Translations under genes and position numbers: made by a program
Assembly: GCF_000143415.4 (NCBI RefSeq)
Contig: NW_003314276.1
Location: 1,336,531 to 1,400,530, forward strand
DNA from: Selaginella moellendorffii
Taxonomy: Eukaryota; Plantae; Lycopodiophyta
Direction of reading: 5' to 3'
Length of the DNA stretch: 64,000 nucleotides
Notes under the pieces: model-generated
The model's database searches: none
Told to the model about the DNA's origin: nothing
Seen by the model: the letters and a program-made list of their open reading frames with translations, nothing else
Shown here: piece after piece, positions 12,620 through 23,913 of the stretch
Numbering within the stretch: the first letter of the stretch is position 1
Layout: every line of letters begins with the position of its first letter

Positions 12620-14300
12620 GTATCTTAGGCTATACAATCAAATTGAATCATCAAGCAAAAATGATAAGCCTCCTAAAGGTACATAGCCTACAGCTAGACA
12701 AATTGAGGTAGAATGGTTAGATACAGAAGAGCTACCTAGTGTTTGTGTCATGACTAAATCCCAACAAAGAAGAGCTGAATTTGAATGCTAAGATAAAAGG
12801 AGTGATAATGAAGTAGAAATCATCCCTAACTCTCAATGGTGTTAAAAGAAAAAGATCAATGAAGAAATCACTCAACAACTCCAAGACTTAGAACCACAAG
12901 TCAATTTGGAGAATGGTGATTTTAACACAGAAAGTTTCACGCCTTTACAAATTGACATGAATTTACCACTATTATAAAAGGAAAATCTTATACTAAAGCT
13001 AAATGGTAAAAATGAGAAAAGGTAGCAAAAGGCATTTAAATGCCAGAATTACACTCACTTTAAGCTAACTTCTCATTATAGCATCTTACCTTAGAGCTAT
13101 ATTGCTTAAAGAGATCTTGTCTAAAAAGGAAGAAACTTTAATCTCATCTATGGCCATTACAATTAAGTTAAAGGACTGTGATGATAAAGTTTTTACAATT
13201 GATATAAAGATTAGCAAGAATTTTTTATTTGGAACTCTTATCGATAGTGGCTTAAGCATAAATATTTTAGAAGAGAGTATTTGCAAAGAATTAAGCTTAA
13301 GCCCAATTCAATCAGCCCTATTTAATGTACGAATAGCACATGATTGGAGTGTCAAACCCATCAGAATTATTAGAAATGTCTTAACCAATGTGGCTGACCT
13401 AAAGTACAAACTCAATTATGTCATACTTAAAATGACATGACAAGATTTTGCCTACAAAACTCTATTAGGTAAACCTTGGTTAAAAATTGTTTACACAAAC
13501 CAAGATTGGAAAAATGGTTTTGTGCATATAGAGTAAGGCAACAAAAAAAAATCGTGCCCATTACTTCCACCATACAATTGGAAAGGAAAAATCAACCTTT
13601 CAAAACTTAATTTTATGATTGGGAGGAAGACTTAAATGATTTCCAAGAATAACAAATATTAAAAACTTTCCTTGAAATTAAGCCAATTTCAAAAGTTTAT
13701 CTTTATTTAATACTCAAAAAAGTACCTAAGCAAAAAACCCTTAGATTAAAAATTAGTTCAGTTATAAAAGATTTCTCCTTAAAGGAGGATCTTGCCTATA
13801 AAATTGATTAATAAAGAAATTATATTTTACATGTTTCTTATGATCAACCATTTGAGCAAATCAATTTAACAAATGAGGATAATTTTCATACTATCACAAT
13901 TACTCACGAATTGCAACGTGAATTTCACAATTAGGCTATAAATCTACTAAAAGGGTATAAAGACATTTTTGTTTAGTTTTACACATATTTAAGAGGCATT
14001 CCGTCATAATTATGTATGTATCTTATTGAGATACTCTTGGAAATATGCCTAAAAGGTAAATGCTCTATAGAATAAATCTTAATTACCAAAATAAACTCAT
14101 TGAGGAAATTGATAAACTTCTTTATGTAGGATTCATTTATCAAATCCAGAATGCTCAATGGCTTTCACCACTTGTGATTGTGCTTAAAAAAAATAGCAAG
14201 TGACGAGTTTGTATAAATTATAAAAAGTTAAATGATGCAATAAAAAAAAAATATTCCCTATTCTTTTCACAAATGAAATTCTGGATTTAGAATAAAACTT
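12620..14300 (+). mobile_element. Continuation of the old Ty3/Gypsy element: aspartic protease and start of RT (decayed)
   Basis: LIDSGLSINIL protease motif (ORF 13102-13440). EEIDKLL.VGFI....AQWLSPLVIV.KK...RVCINYKKLNDA at ~14100-14240. Confidence 0.85.
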
Positions 14301-14363
14301 TCCATTACTCAATTCCCTTTGTCTCGCTATAAGTTCTTCTACAATATAATAGCCTTCCATAAT

Positions 14364-14427
14364 CCTTCAAGTGGTCGAAAGTGTGGTTAAGTGACTAAAG
14401 TAAAATGGAAAAATTAATCCCTTACAT
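14364..14427 (+). mobile_element. Isolated 3'-terminal fragment of the LARD-family LTR
   Basis: CCTTCAAGTGG..GTGTGGTTAAGTGACTAAAGTAAAATGGAAAA..CTTACA matches the LTR ends at 6873, 12619, 58868 and 61486. Confidence 0.75.
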
Positions 14428-15043
14428 TAAAGAAATCAAATCATCCATCAAGAACTTGTCAATCTATGCCAAAGTGTCAAGCTTATCATTATAAAGACCA
14501 AGCTCAACAACCTAGAGCAAGATTTGGAAAATCTAACTACCTAAGGACAAACAATAGCTTTATCATGGGGGAGTGATGAAAAGGTAAATGTTTTATTTTG
14601 TATATCTTTCCAGGCAAAGCAAAAGAAGGAAACTTAAGCGAAATGGAGTTATGCTTAAATTTAGGCATCCAAAGAAAAAATAACTCAACCTAGGCAACAC
14701 TTGTCATAGTTAAAAATAGTTATAAAATTATGTAGTAGCACTTAGATGTTCTAGAAAACAACCCCCACTCACTATTGTACGTATTTGTATTAAATTAACC
14801 ATCTTTTTTTCTGTTTATGACTGTTTGTGCAAAGTAAAGTTGAGAGAGTGACATATATTTATCCTTACTCATGCCTTTGGGGTTTAAGGCTGAGTTTTAT
14901 TCTATTCTCTTCTTATTATTTTTCTCTTTTTTTCTTCTTTATGTTTTTATCTATGTTTGTTTGTCATTATTTTGTAGGCAAGGGCAAGAACATGAGTATA
15001 GGCAAAAAAAGCCTTACTCAAGATTGCATTAGGATAAGAAACT

Positions 15044-16435
15044 TGTTAGAGCTGAAATCCAAGGTATGATAGGTGCCTTAAGGTCATATTTAATGGCAAT
15101 TTTAAAAGAAATTCCTGGACATAGCTAATATATAGTTAATGGTTCTTTCTTGTTTCAAGTAAACACTTTTTTTAGTTTCCTTCTAAATGTTCATTCTTTA
15201 CTCTCATTTTTGGCTCTTTATCATGGTATTGGAGTAGGATCAAAAGGATGGAAATTCTGCCATTGTCACTTTGGCAATTCCATTTCCATTTTTGATAACT
15301 TCTCAAGTTGGAGATATTGAATCCTTAAAAGCAAGGGAGTTTAGGTTGTTGTCAATAGTGATGAGCTGAAGTCAGGCTACAAGGTGGATATCTGGAATTG
15401 GTGTGAGGACCATGGCATGGTGATGATTAGGTTTGTGGTGATAGAGAGCATATTGGATGATCTTGTCTTTAGTGAGAATTACATCAATAGCAAGTTGTGG
15501 AAGAAGCTGTGTGCACTGTAAAGTTTTGCTATGAAGGATCTTAGAGAAACTTGATATTTTCTTAATCTTGAGATTCACCATGATACAAAAACAAAGTCTC
15601 TTTACATCTCTAAATATCAATATTTAACAAAAGTCCTTCTTATTTGCTTATGAAACATAAGTAATATTAAGTTCTTGATAAAAATTGAATGTCCTTCCAA
15701 CAAGAAGGATTGGTAGAAAATTGGCTAAGAGCAATGATAACATAAGCCAAATTTGGACAGTTGCACACCATAGTATATATATCATACTCCCAAAAAATGG
15801 TACTTTTGCCATGGCTCGACACTCTTGGCAAAAAACATCAAGACAACCAAATTTGTGATATGTTATACAAAGTAAGCTTTTGTTTTTGACAAGTGGTGGT
15901 TTTTCTTTTGTTACTTACAGCAACATTAGCTTGACAGAGATAGCCATAAATCCACAACAAGGTGTTTTTTCTAACTTGGAACAAGTCTTGTTCTTTAAAC
16001 CAACAAGAAGCAAACTCACATTACTTTTTCCTCTATAGAAACAAAGTATCTTGCTACCTTAATTGCTTCGAAGGAAATTCTTTAGTTTCAAAAATTTCTT
16101 GGAGCTCTTGGGAAATCCTCCACATTAATTACTCTTCATGTTGACAATAAAAGAATTATTGATTAGTTGCAACACTAGAAGTTTCGAAAAACTATCACTA
16201 TGTCAAAGATCTAATACATATAGAAATTCCATTGGAGTCATGGCCAAGCCTTGACTAAGGAAGGCACTAACAACAATCAAGGAGTGTTAGAGCTGAAATC
16301 CAAGATGTGATAAGTGCTTTGAGTCATATTTAGCAGTAATTTCAAGTGAAACCTTTAAACATAACAATAGTTCTTTCTTGTTTCAAGTAAGCAATTGTTT
16401 TCTGAAAAGATTCTATTCATTCTTTGACCTAACTA
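15044..16435 (+). mobile_element. Internally deleted Ty1/copia remnant with short diverged LTRs
   Basis: Direct repeats TGTTAGAGCTGAAATCCAAG... at 15044 and ~16286. PBS-like TGGTATTGGAG at ~15224. RNase H-like YHYVKDLI remnant at ~16190. Right end approximate. Confidence 0.65.
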
Positions 16436-17249
16436 CCACTTAGGCGCAGTAGAGCATGGTCTCTCAATCGTCAACCCTAATCCCTAATCGAGTAGGAGAC
16501 TGGTCTTTCATAGGGATGATCTGGCCACATACTGAGGGCATCGCTGCAGCCTCTAGTGCTCCTGGATCCAGCACTCTACTCTTGCAAGTGTTGTTTTTCT
16601 GGCCTCACTTTTGCAGCTGCCCGGCATAAGCAACCCCGAGTGCCAACCCACTTAAGTTTGTTTCCAATCCAATCCATACACGCTAAAAGCCACTTGGAAC
16701 CAAAACAATAAACTCACAATTGTGTCACACACTCACAGCAAGGCCGTCGTTGGCCATTTCCTAATGGTGCCAAGCTGAATCCAACCACACTATTTTGATT
16801 GAGAGCTCGCGATCAATCAAGAAGAAACCACCTAAAGGAAAACCGATGCTTTGCTTTGCTCCTGTTTTAGCTACACTCACTTCCAACTCGCTGCCTCTAC
16901 TTCCGTTTAGTACATACACTATTTTACAATTGAACATCAAGTATCATAAGATGGTGGACGACTTACTAGGGTCGAAGCCTCTCCTCATCTCTGCCATTCA
17001 CGTGCTGGTCGTGGTCGTTGATGTCCTTCACTTACAATTCTATGCTTTGGCGTTGCCTCGGTGGTCCGCACGGCTTTAAAATGGTGGGCCCAGATCACAT
17101 GGCCGGACTGAAAGCACGTGTTTTGACAGAGATAACCAATCAGGCGCTCTTGATTTTAAAGCACGTGTTTTTCTCTCACATGCTTGACAGGCCTATAAAT
17201 GTATGCAAGAATTGCTGTGACTTGCCAACATCGAGAAGTCATTGGAACC

Positions 17250-18035
17250 ATGCTTCTTCGTGCTCTATCGCTCTTTGCATTGTGTTTGCTGGTTTCCGCA
17301 GCACCAGCATCACCCCCTCCTCCTGGTTCATGTTCATCCGACGCTGACTGCCCGGAGGCATACCCCTGCTGTAGTTCATGGGGAGACTGTGGCAACAAAG
17401 CCCCATGGTGTTCGTCGCCTCCTCCACCGCCTCCACCATGCAAGTCTCCTTTATATGGTACTAGTGCTGATGGTACTGCCTTCAGTGGAAGTCTTACGAG
17501 TACGCCACTGGAGGGGCTACGCATAATCAGCGGTTGTGTGGTTGATGCCATTCAGTGGAAGTCTTCGGGTTCTTCTTGGACTCAAATGTATGGAACGAAC
17601 TCCTGTTCAGGATGTTTACCACAGCCGCCTCCGCAAGCTGGTCTGAGAAGCACATCCTACGAGGTCTTTTTAAGTTAACGTTTTTCTTACTTTCTCAATT
17701 TCTTTCTGCAGATCTCTTTGGGCTCGGATGAGTACATTTACAAGGTATCGGGTACAACTGGAACAGACAAAACATGCGGTGCTGGTTGGGCGGGAGAAGG
17801 TGTTGTTTCGCTGACTGTGCATGTCAAGAACATGAAAACTGGTAAAACCAAACCATATGGTCCATTTGGTACTTCGACGAGTGGCACTTCCTTCGAAACA
17901 GCACCAGGCAACATAGTCTCGTTCTTTGGATATGCAAGCCCCAAGTCATATATGAAAGGCATCGGTGTTATCTATTCGACGTGCCCATCCAGTTCTGTTC
18001 AGACCACCCCCATGGGGGCGTTTAGCATCATTTAA
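17250..18035 (+). CDS. Secreted chimeric lectin: signal peptide + hevein/chitin-binding-like domain + poly-Pro linker + jacalin-like domain (2 exons)
   Basis: ATG 17250, hydrophobic leader. C-x5-C-x5-CCS-x-WG-x-CG-x5-C hevein-like motif. Jacalin-like I.SG.VVDAIQ, L.SDEYI.KVSG, YGPFG, IVSFFG, GIGV. In-frame GT-AG intron 17664-17711. TATA-like TATAAA at ~17194. Confidence 0.85.
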
Positions 18036-20027
18036 GGAGTTGCCAAACTATGGTGCTATGCCAGACTATGTAATAAAGATTTGGTGCTATGCTAAACTAT
18101 GTAATAAAGATTTTGGTGCTGTATTATCTGAGCAGCTCGCAGGGCTCCAGAGAATACAAGTCGGACTGCTAGCAAAAATGATCTATCTATCTATATGCTA
18201 TTTTGAGTGCCCATCCTGAAGCATGAGACGCATTTTTTGCGTCGCTGTCATCTTCCATCGCCTCCAATGGCGTCTTCACTTCCATGGTTGGGCGGGATCT
18301 TGTCTAATTGTTCTTTGCTTCGTTCTAGGAGGCTATCTAGCCTATCTATGAGGCTAAAGGTGTTGGTTCTTTTCTCATTGAGCTTAACAATGGGACTACA
18401 TGCCAGATTGACCACAAAATTTTTTCCTATATCTTGTTCAATTTTCTGGAAATCAATGCAGTATTACTTTTTTTTTTCTTTTATGCCCCTTCTTTTTGTT
18501 CACCTAATGGCAGAGTAATATATTCATCCTTTACAACAGCCTTTCCCTCATTAGCAATTGGTGTAATTACTTAATACTATGACCAAAACTAAATAATCAC
18601 ATTCAATTAATGGTAACATTTATGGTGTATAGTATAATTCTTTTTACTTTTACTGCTAATCCTTGAGTTTCTCTAAATTTCTTCTATGAGATGATTATAA
18701 GGATGATTTGTATTATTAATTTGATCATTTTACAATGATTACTATCTATCATTCTTCAAATGATATTTGGCATTTGCACAAATTTCCCAAATGTTTACAA
18801 AGGATAATTTTACAATGATACAATGTTTTAAGCACAGACACTTCTGCAGATTAAAGTTGTGGGAATACTAAATTAGCACACGATGTGATTATACAAGAAC
18901 TTTGCTGTAAAATGCTAATCTGTTGTCTTGAGAGCCACAGCCTCCACCCACATAGTGAAGAAATTTATTGCCAACAAGTAATAGTGGCTACGTAAAGATG
19001 CTAGAGATAATGGGCAAGTGTAAAATGGACTTGAAAAGGTAATGAACTGAAAGGGAAAATGTTGCTTCAAGGATTGAACTGTTAGCATATGCCTCTATGG
19101 CCTTGAAAATAACAGGCCAATAAAAACCACCATTGTTGATCCTGCAAAATGGCCTTTATAAAGGTGAAAGACTTTGACTTTAGCTTCTGTCAAGCAGCAC
19201 AGTCAAGCTGTCAACAAGAAAAATTCTGAGCCTTGATCTCCAAAGCCCGTTGCCACACCATTGGCAAGTTGTCTGGGGACTCTTGTGATGCAAATTTGAC
19301 CTTGGTGTCAATGGGTGCACAATAGATTTGCTTTTGTCAACTGCCCAGGGTTTGCTAGGCAATTTATACTCTTGGTTCTAGTATGCTCAAGAGTTGATTA
19401 CATAGGAACTCTAAGGTTGTCAATGTAAAGTTAGAGGAGTGGTTCATTCTTGATGCAACTTTTCATATACCAATATAACTGTCTCCTCAAAATAAAGGTG
19501 ACTTTAAGTTCCCTAGTCCACCCGCTGGACCGCTTTGTAGCTTTGCTAAGATTTGTCAATGCTTATTCCCCATTGAGTGGTACACTCTAAGCCACTTGGG
19601 GTTGATGTTCATCAAGTAGTATTGGCAGCATGCTTGGCAAGCCCTGGTCGCTGGCCATGAGCACTGTGTTGGCTGGCCCAAGAATCTCTGCTTAAACTCA
19701 TTTCTTGGATTTTCAATGACAAAGCTTCTTATTGGTCACACTAATTGTGGCGAGTTTCTTTGGAGTAGCCTTCTGGTCACTGGAAACGCTTCGGTATGCC
19801 GAGAGCCAGGCTTGGCTCCGTGGCACCACTTGGAGCAGGTGATCGATGTAGAGACAGATTTTCCTTATCACTTTTCTTGCAACATTGGCAGACGGAGAAG
19901 TCACAAAGCAAGCTTAAATGATGGAGAAAACCGGCATTTGATCTGAAAGCTCGTCGCTCTCAAAGACAGGCAAACGTCCTATTGTTGTTCTTTCCCTACA
20001 GTAAAAATTTTGAGCTCAAATGAGTAG

Positions 20028-20969
20028 CTACTCATTACTGTCCTGCCACGACTCAAGGGCCGCAAAGAACCTCTGCCAACCGAAGTAGACCCCCTCGATG
20101 ATAAGAGCAGTCAGGTCCCTGGGATCGTCGTCGTCCTCGCGAGCACTCTCGAAGCACTTGAGGTAGACATCCCGGTTCACAAAGTCGTGGTGGCGGCCAG
20201 CACCAGCAGCAGCAGCAGCGAACAAGACGTTGGGGAACACAGCCACGCTGCGAAGCAAGTAGGCCAGCATCATCCTCCCGCATCGCCCATTCCCATCCAC
20301 AAACGGATGGACGCACTCAAACTTGTAGAAGAATTCTGAGGCCAGCACCAGGAGCTGCTCCACCGTCTTGCAGCTGATTGTCGTCCTCTCCTCCTCGAAG
20401 AGCCGCTGCAGATCCGCGTTGGTCTTGCTCACCAACTTGGACAGCTTCGGCCGGATTGCCCAGGCATCCGCGTAGAAGTGCTGCCTTCCGCTGCTCGTGA
20501 TCGTCATTGCAACCTCGTTGCCGGACCGAAACAAGCCCGCGATGTCCGGCCTGCCCGACTCCATAAGCAGCTCGTGTGACTGCCTGAGCTTGTAGTTGTT
20601 GACGCTGGGATCCTCCTCCTGATCCTGGAGCCACCATGTCTTGTTGAATGCTCGGGACAGGCAGCGGACTTGTTCCAATCTCTCGTCCCGAGCCACTACT
20701 TTGTCGTCCAAGTCCCCTTGGAGCTGCTCCAGGGCGTGGAGTGTTTCATCCCGGGTATCAAAGCCTTCCAGCTCCAGCTTGTTCACCTGGAACAGGAAGT
20801 CGGCCATGGCGTCGCGCTGCGCGTACACGTCCAGCGCCCATGCTTTGGCATCGCCATCCAACGCCAGGAACCTCTTCACGTACCCACAAATGGCGTCCAC
20901 CATGCTGCTCGTCGCCGGGGCTCCGTCGCCACCGCACCTCCAAAAGGGCCTCTCCGCGTATCGCCCCAT
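20028..20969 (-). CDS. Fic-domain protein (AMPylase/Fido family), 313 aa, coding region intronless
   Basis: Canonical catalytic motif HPFVDGNGRCGR. Flap-like AGLFRSG.EV. N-terminal NKLELEG resembles the inhibitory (S/T)xxxE(G/N) helix. A TTACAG acceptor-like site just before the ATG may indicate an upstream exon. Confidence 0.9.
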   Translation of the reverse strand: MGRYAERPFWRCGGDGAPATSSMVDAICGYVKRFLALDGDAKAWALDVYAQRDAMADFLFQVNKLELEGFDTRDETLHALEQLQGDLDDKVVARDERLEQVRCLSRAFNKTWWLQDQEEDPSVNNYKLRQSHELLMESGRPDIAGLFRSGNEVAMTITSSGRQHFYADAWAIRPKLSKLVSKTNADLQRLFEEERTTISCKTVEQLLVLASEFFYKFECVHPFVDGNGRCGRMMLAYLLRSVAVFPNVLFAAAAAGAGRHHDFVNRDVYLKCFESAREDDDDPRDLTALIIEGVYFGWQRFFAALESWQDSNE

Positions 20970-21429
20970 CTGTAAGCCCTAACCAACAAGGGCTCCATGT
21001 TATACCCTTTTCATTTTAAGGTGGCTATGTATAAAGCTTTCTCAAATTTGTGTAAACCTATATTCCGAGAATATTCCAAGGCCCCTCAAAATATGCAATA
21101 TGAGAGCCTAAACACTGTGTAACCATTTTCATGCATGGATATTTGTAGTACTTGGTACCTGAGAACCGAACATGCTATCCAGCTGGCCTGTTGAAATCAT
21201 TTTCACAGCACAGGAAAGTGTTTGTCCATACCCCAAGTGTCACTTTAATCATGCCGGTTGCAGCTCGAGCCCGCTTCTTCCCCTTGTTTTGCGGCGCAGA
21301 AGCACGAAATCAGCTTGAAATACAAAGATGTCACACCCTGGCCAAAGATCACATCGCCAAGGTGAGAATCTCAACACTCTAGAATCCTCAAAGTCTCACC
21401 TCACGCGAGAATTCCAGGCAAAAACAGCC

Positions 21430-22854
21430 ATGGACAAGTTCCTCCAAAGCGTCGAGTCGAATCCCCACAGACGAGACGCAGCCGAGCCTTGCTACTCGCT
21501 GCACGAGCCAGGAGACCTCGTCTATGGAACCGCTCTCGTCTTTCACGGATTCGGGCAATCTCCACAGCAGTGCCAGTTGCTCGCGGACTACCTGTTTGAC
21601 AATGGCTTCAATGTCTACCAGCCTTGCCTTGCTCGCCACTATCTCGGAAATCCGACTCTAAACTGGCCGCAGGTGACACATCTTAAAGTTCGCTCTTTAC
21701 TTTCATCTCCACCCAGGTCGATCTCAAGCCGGAACTGAAAGAGAAGATCCGGCAAAACTTCCTCAAGGATCCGGTCCTAGCCAAGGAGCTCTATATCTCT
21801 GTAAGCCTTCGGCTATGACGTTTTCATCCTGCTGACAGTCTGCTGGCCTGTGTTCTTCGTGATTGTTGTCCCAGGCGGAAGACACCATGCAGCGAGTTCG
21901 CTCCCTTTCCCCCGAAATGTCTGATATAATCGCTGCGCTCGACCAAGGTGACCGTAGCCAGGATTTCCAGAGGTCTGTGAGCGCTGCTCTTCACCTCCAA
22001 AATGAACTAACCACTTGGCTGCCAGGTTTTTCGACTCGAGCCACTTGGACTACTTCACGGAAGCCGAGCAGCGACTAGAAGAAGTGCGTGCTCTGCCAGG
22101 CCCGATCTTCGCGATAGGCATCTCGATGGGAGGAGCCACTGCGTTGCATCTCGCCAACACTTATCCAGACACAATCTCGAAAGTCGTAGCGTACGCCCCG
22201 CTCCTGAAGGTAGGACGAAACTTAGGCTTCGAAACAAAAGAAGAAAGAACAAACTTACTAATGATCGATCGATTTTCTGGCCAGACAATGGATGATGCGA
22301 GGAGAGAATTTGCTCTGGCGATCGGCCCGCTGGACGTGAAAGAAACCGGATGGGAGCCATCGCTCCAGTTCACAGTGGGATGCCTTGTAGCAATCGACCT
22401 GTGTGGGACTCGCATCAGCCAATCCAACATAGATAACCTCGCAAAGAAAGTCGCTACCTTGCTACTCTTCACCGCAAACGAAGACTCGGCCGACCTTCCA
22501 ACGCAGGAGAAATTCGCGCAAAGACTAAAAGCCATCTCCTCCGGTAGGATGCTTTGATCTTCAACAATGCGGAAAAATTCTCCCGTTGCTACTGTCCCAG
22601 ATGGAGTGCCACACCTGCATTACACATATCGCCGCGAGCTGGAAGTCCCGCACGCGATGATCCACCCAAACGAGGTAGGAAATCGAGAAATTCTCGAGAG
22701 ATTTCTAACCTCTCGCTTGGCGCAGAGGCCGATCGCGAACAAGCTGTGGAGAAGAATGTACCAGGAGACATTTCGATTCCTGACCACCGGGAAGGCGCGC
22801 CAGGACGAGCTCGATTCGCTGCGCCAAGACGAAACCCTACCCCAAGTACCATAA
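21430..22854 (+). CDS. Alpha/beta-hydrolase (carboxylesterase/lipase-like), about 7 exons
   Basis: VFHGFG oxyanion motif, GISMG nucleophile elbow, ANEDSAD acid, VPHAM histidine. Exons can be joined across ~45-75-nt GT-AG introns. Confidence 0.85.
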
Positions 22855-23157
22855 ACCCTAAAACCCCAAATTCTCGGGAGCAAACTTTTATCTCCTCGTG
22901 AGAGCGAACAAACTAAACTCTAGAACTTTGGATCAAACCTGAGAGATCTATTCCTATCCTAGATAGAAGTTTTTCGTTGTGATCTTCTTCTCAAGCTCCT
23001 GTGACTCTCGAAAGAACTTAGAACTCTCTGGAACTTGACGCTCGCTCTACCTGCAAGGAAGAAAGAACGTCGATCAAAACACGAGAAAAGAGAGAGAACC
23101 ACCATCGCCACTCGCCTGGAAGAACTTGGAACTCGGCATGGATGGTGTGGAGTCGCT

Positions 23158-23913
23158 TCACTGCTCGCCATCCGAGGCCGTGGATTGCTGGCCTTGAGCC
23201 TGCGATTGCTGGGCTTGGGTCTGTTGATCCGGCTGCCACTGCTGCTGCTGCTGCTGCTGCGGCGACGCCATGTACTGCATTGGCGGCCGCTGCTGCTGCG
23301 CGTAGAGCGCTGGATCCATTGGAATGGCCGGCCTTCCAATCACCCCCGGAGGAGTCTGCCCAGGAATCATGTAGTACTGCATGTCCGGAGCTCCGATCGG
23401 CAGCGCTGATCGCGAGACACCCAGCGCCTCGTCCTTGACATCCTCGCGCGGCACGATGTCCACCAGGAAATCGAAGATGTCCGTGCGAGTGACCGCCGCC
23501 GCGATGTCGTTCTTCTGGAGCGTCCGCCGCTTGTTCTCCTCGGTGTGCATCCACGCGCGCAGCGTCAGCTCCAGGATGAACATCTCGCACGCCTTGGCGA
23601 AGAGCACGGGCGCCTCGCCCGAGATCATCCTCACGTCCTCGTCCGCCTTCATGATCTTCTTGATGCGCGCCAGGGGCAGGCTGTGCGTCTTGAAATCCAT
23701 CACCTCCTGGACCTCTTGCATCTGCCCCATCCAAAACTCTTGCATCTGCCGCTGCTGCTGCTGCTGCAAATGCTGGTAGCTCATCCCCGGCGCTGGGAAT
23801 CCCCCCGCTGGCTGCCCCGCCGCGATCTGACCTAGCGCCATGCCCGGAGGAGCCCCAGCGCCCGCCATTCCCTGCCCGGCGTACTGCGATTCGTTCTGCG
23901 AGCTCTGATCCAT
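23158..23913 (-). CDS. NF-YC: Nuclear transcription factor Y subunit C (HAP5)
   Basis: Histone-fold signature [39 protein letters not shown]...[25 protein letters not shown]; Gln-rich flanks. Confidence 0.97.
   Translation of the reverse strand: MDQSSQNESQYAGQGMAGAGAPPGMALGQIAAGQPAGGFPAPGMSYQHLQQQQQRQMQEFWMGQMQEVQEVMDFKTHSLPLARIKKIMKADEDVRMISGEAPVLFAKACEMFILELTLRAWMHTEENKRRTLQKNDIAAAVTRTDIFDFLVDIVPREDVKDEALGVSRSALPIGAPDMQYYMIPGQTPPGVIGRPAIPMDPALYAQQQRPPMQYMASPQQQQQQQWQPDQQTQAQQSQAQGQQSTASDGEQ

Noticed and set aside
18052-18121. ~30-bp tandem duplication in the lectin 3' UTR; similar 28-bp duplication at ~63125-63180
   Set aside because: Two-copy local slippage duplications with no further structure.
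20028-20969. High GC and lack of introns as proof of horizontal transfer of the Fic gene
   Set aside because: Native genes in this window (NF-YC, PPRs, Yos1) are similarly GC-rich and intronless, so composition is uninformative; only phylogeny can decide.
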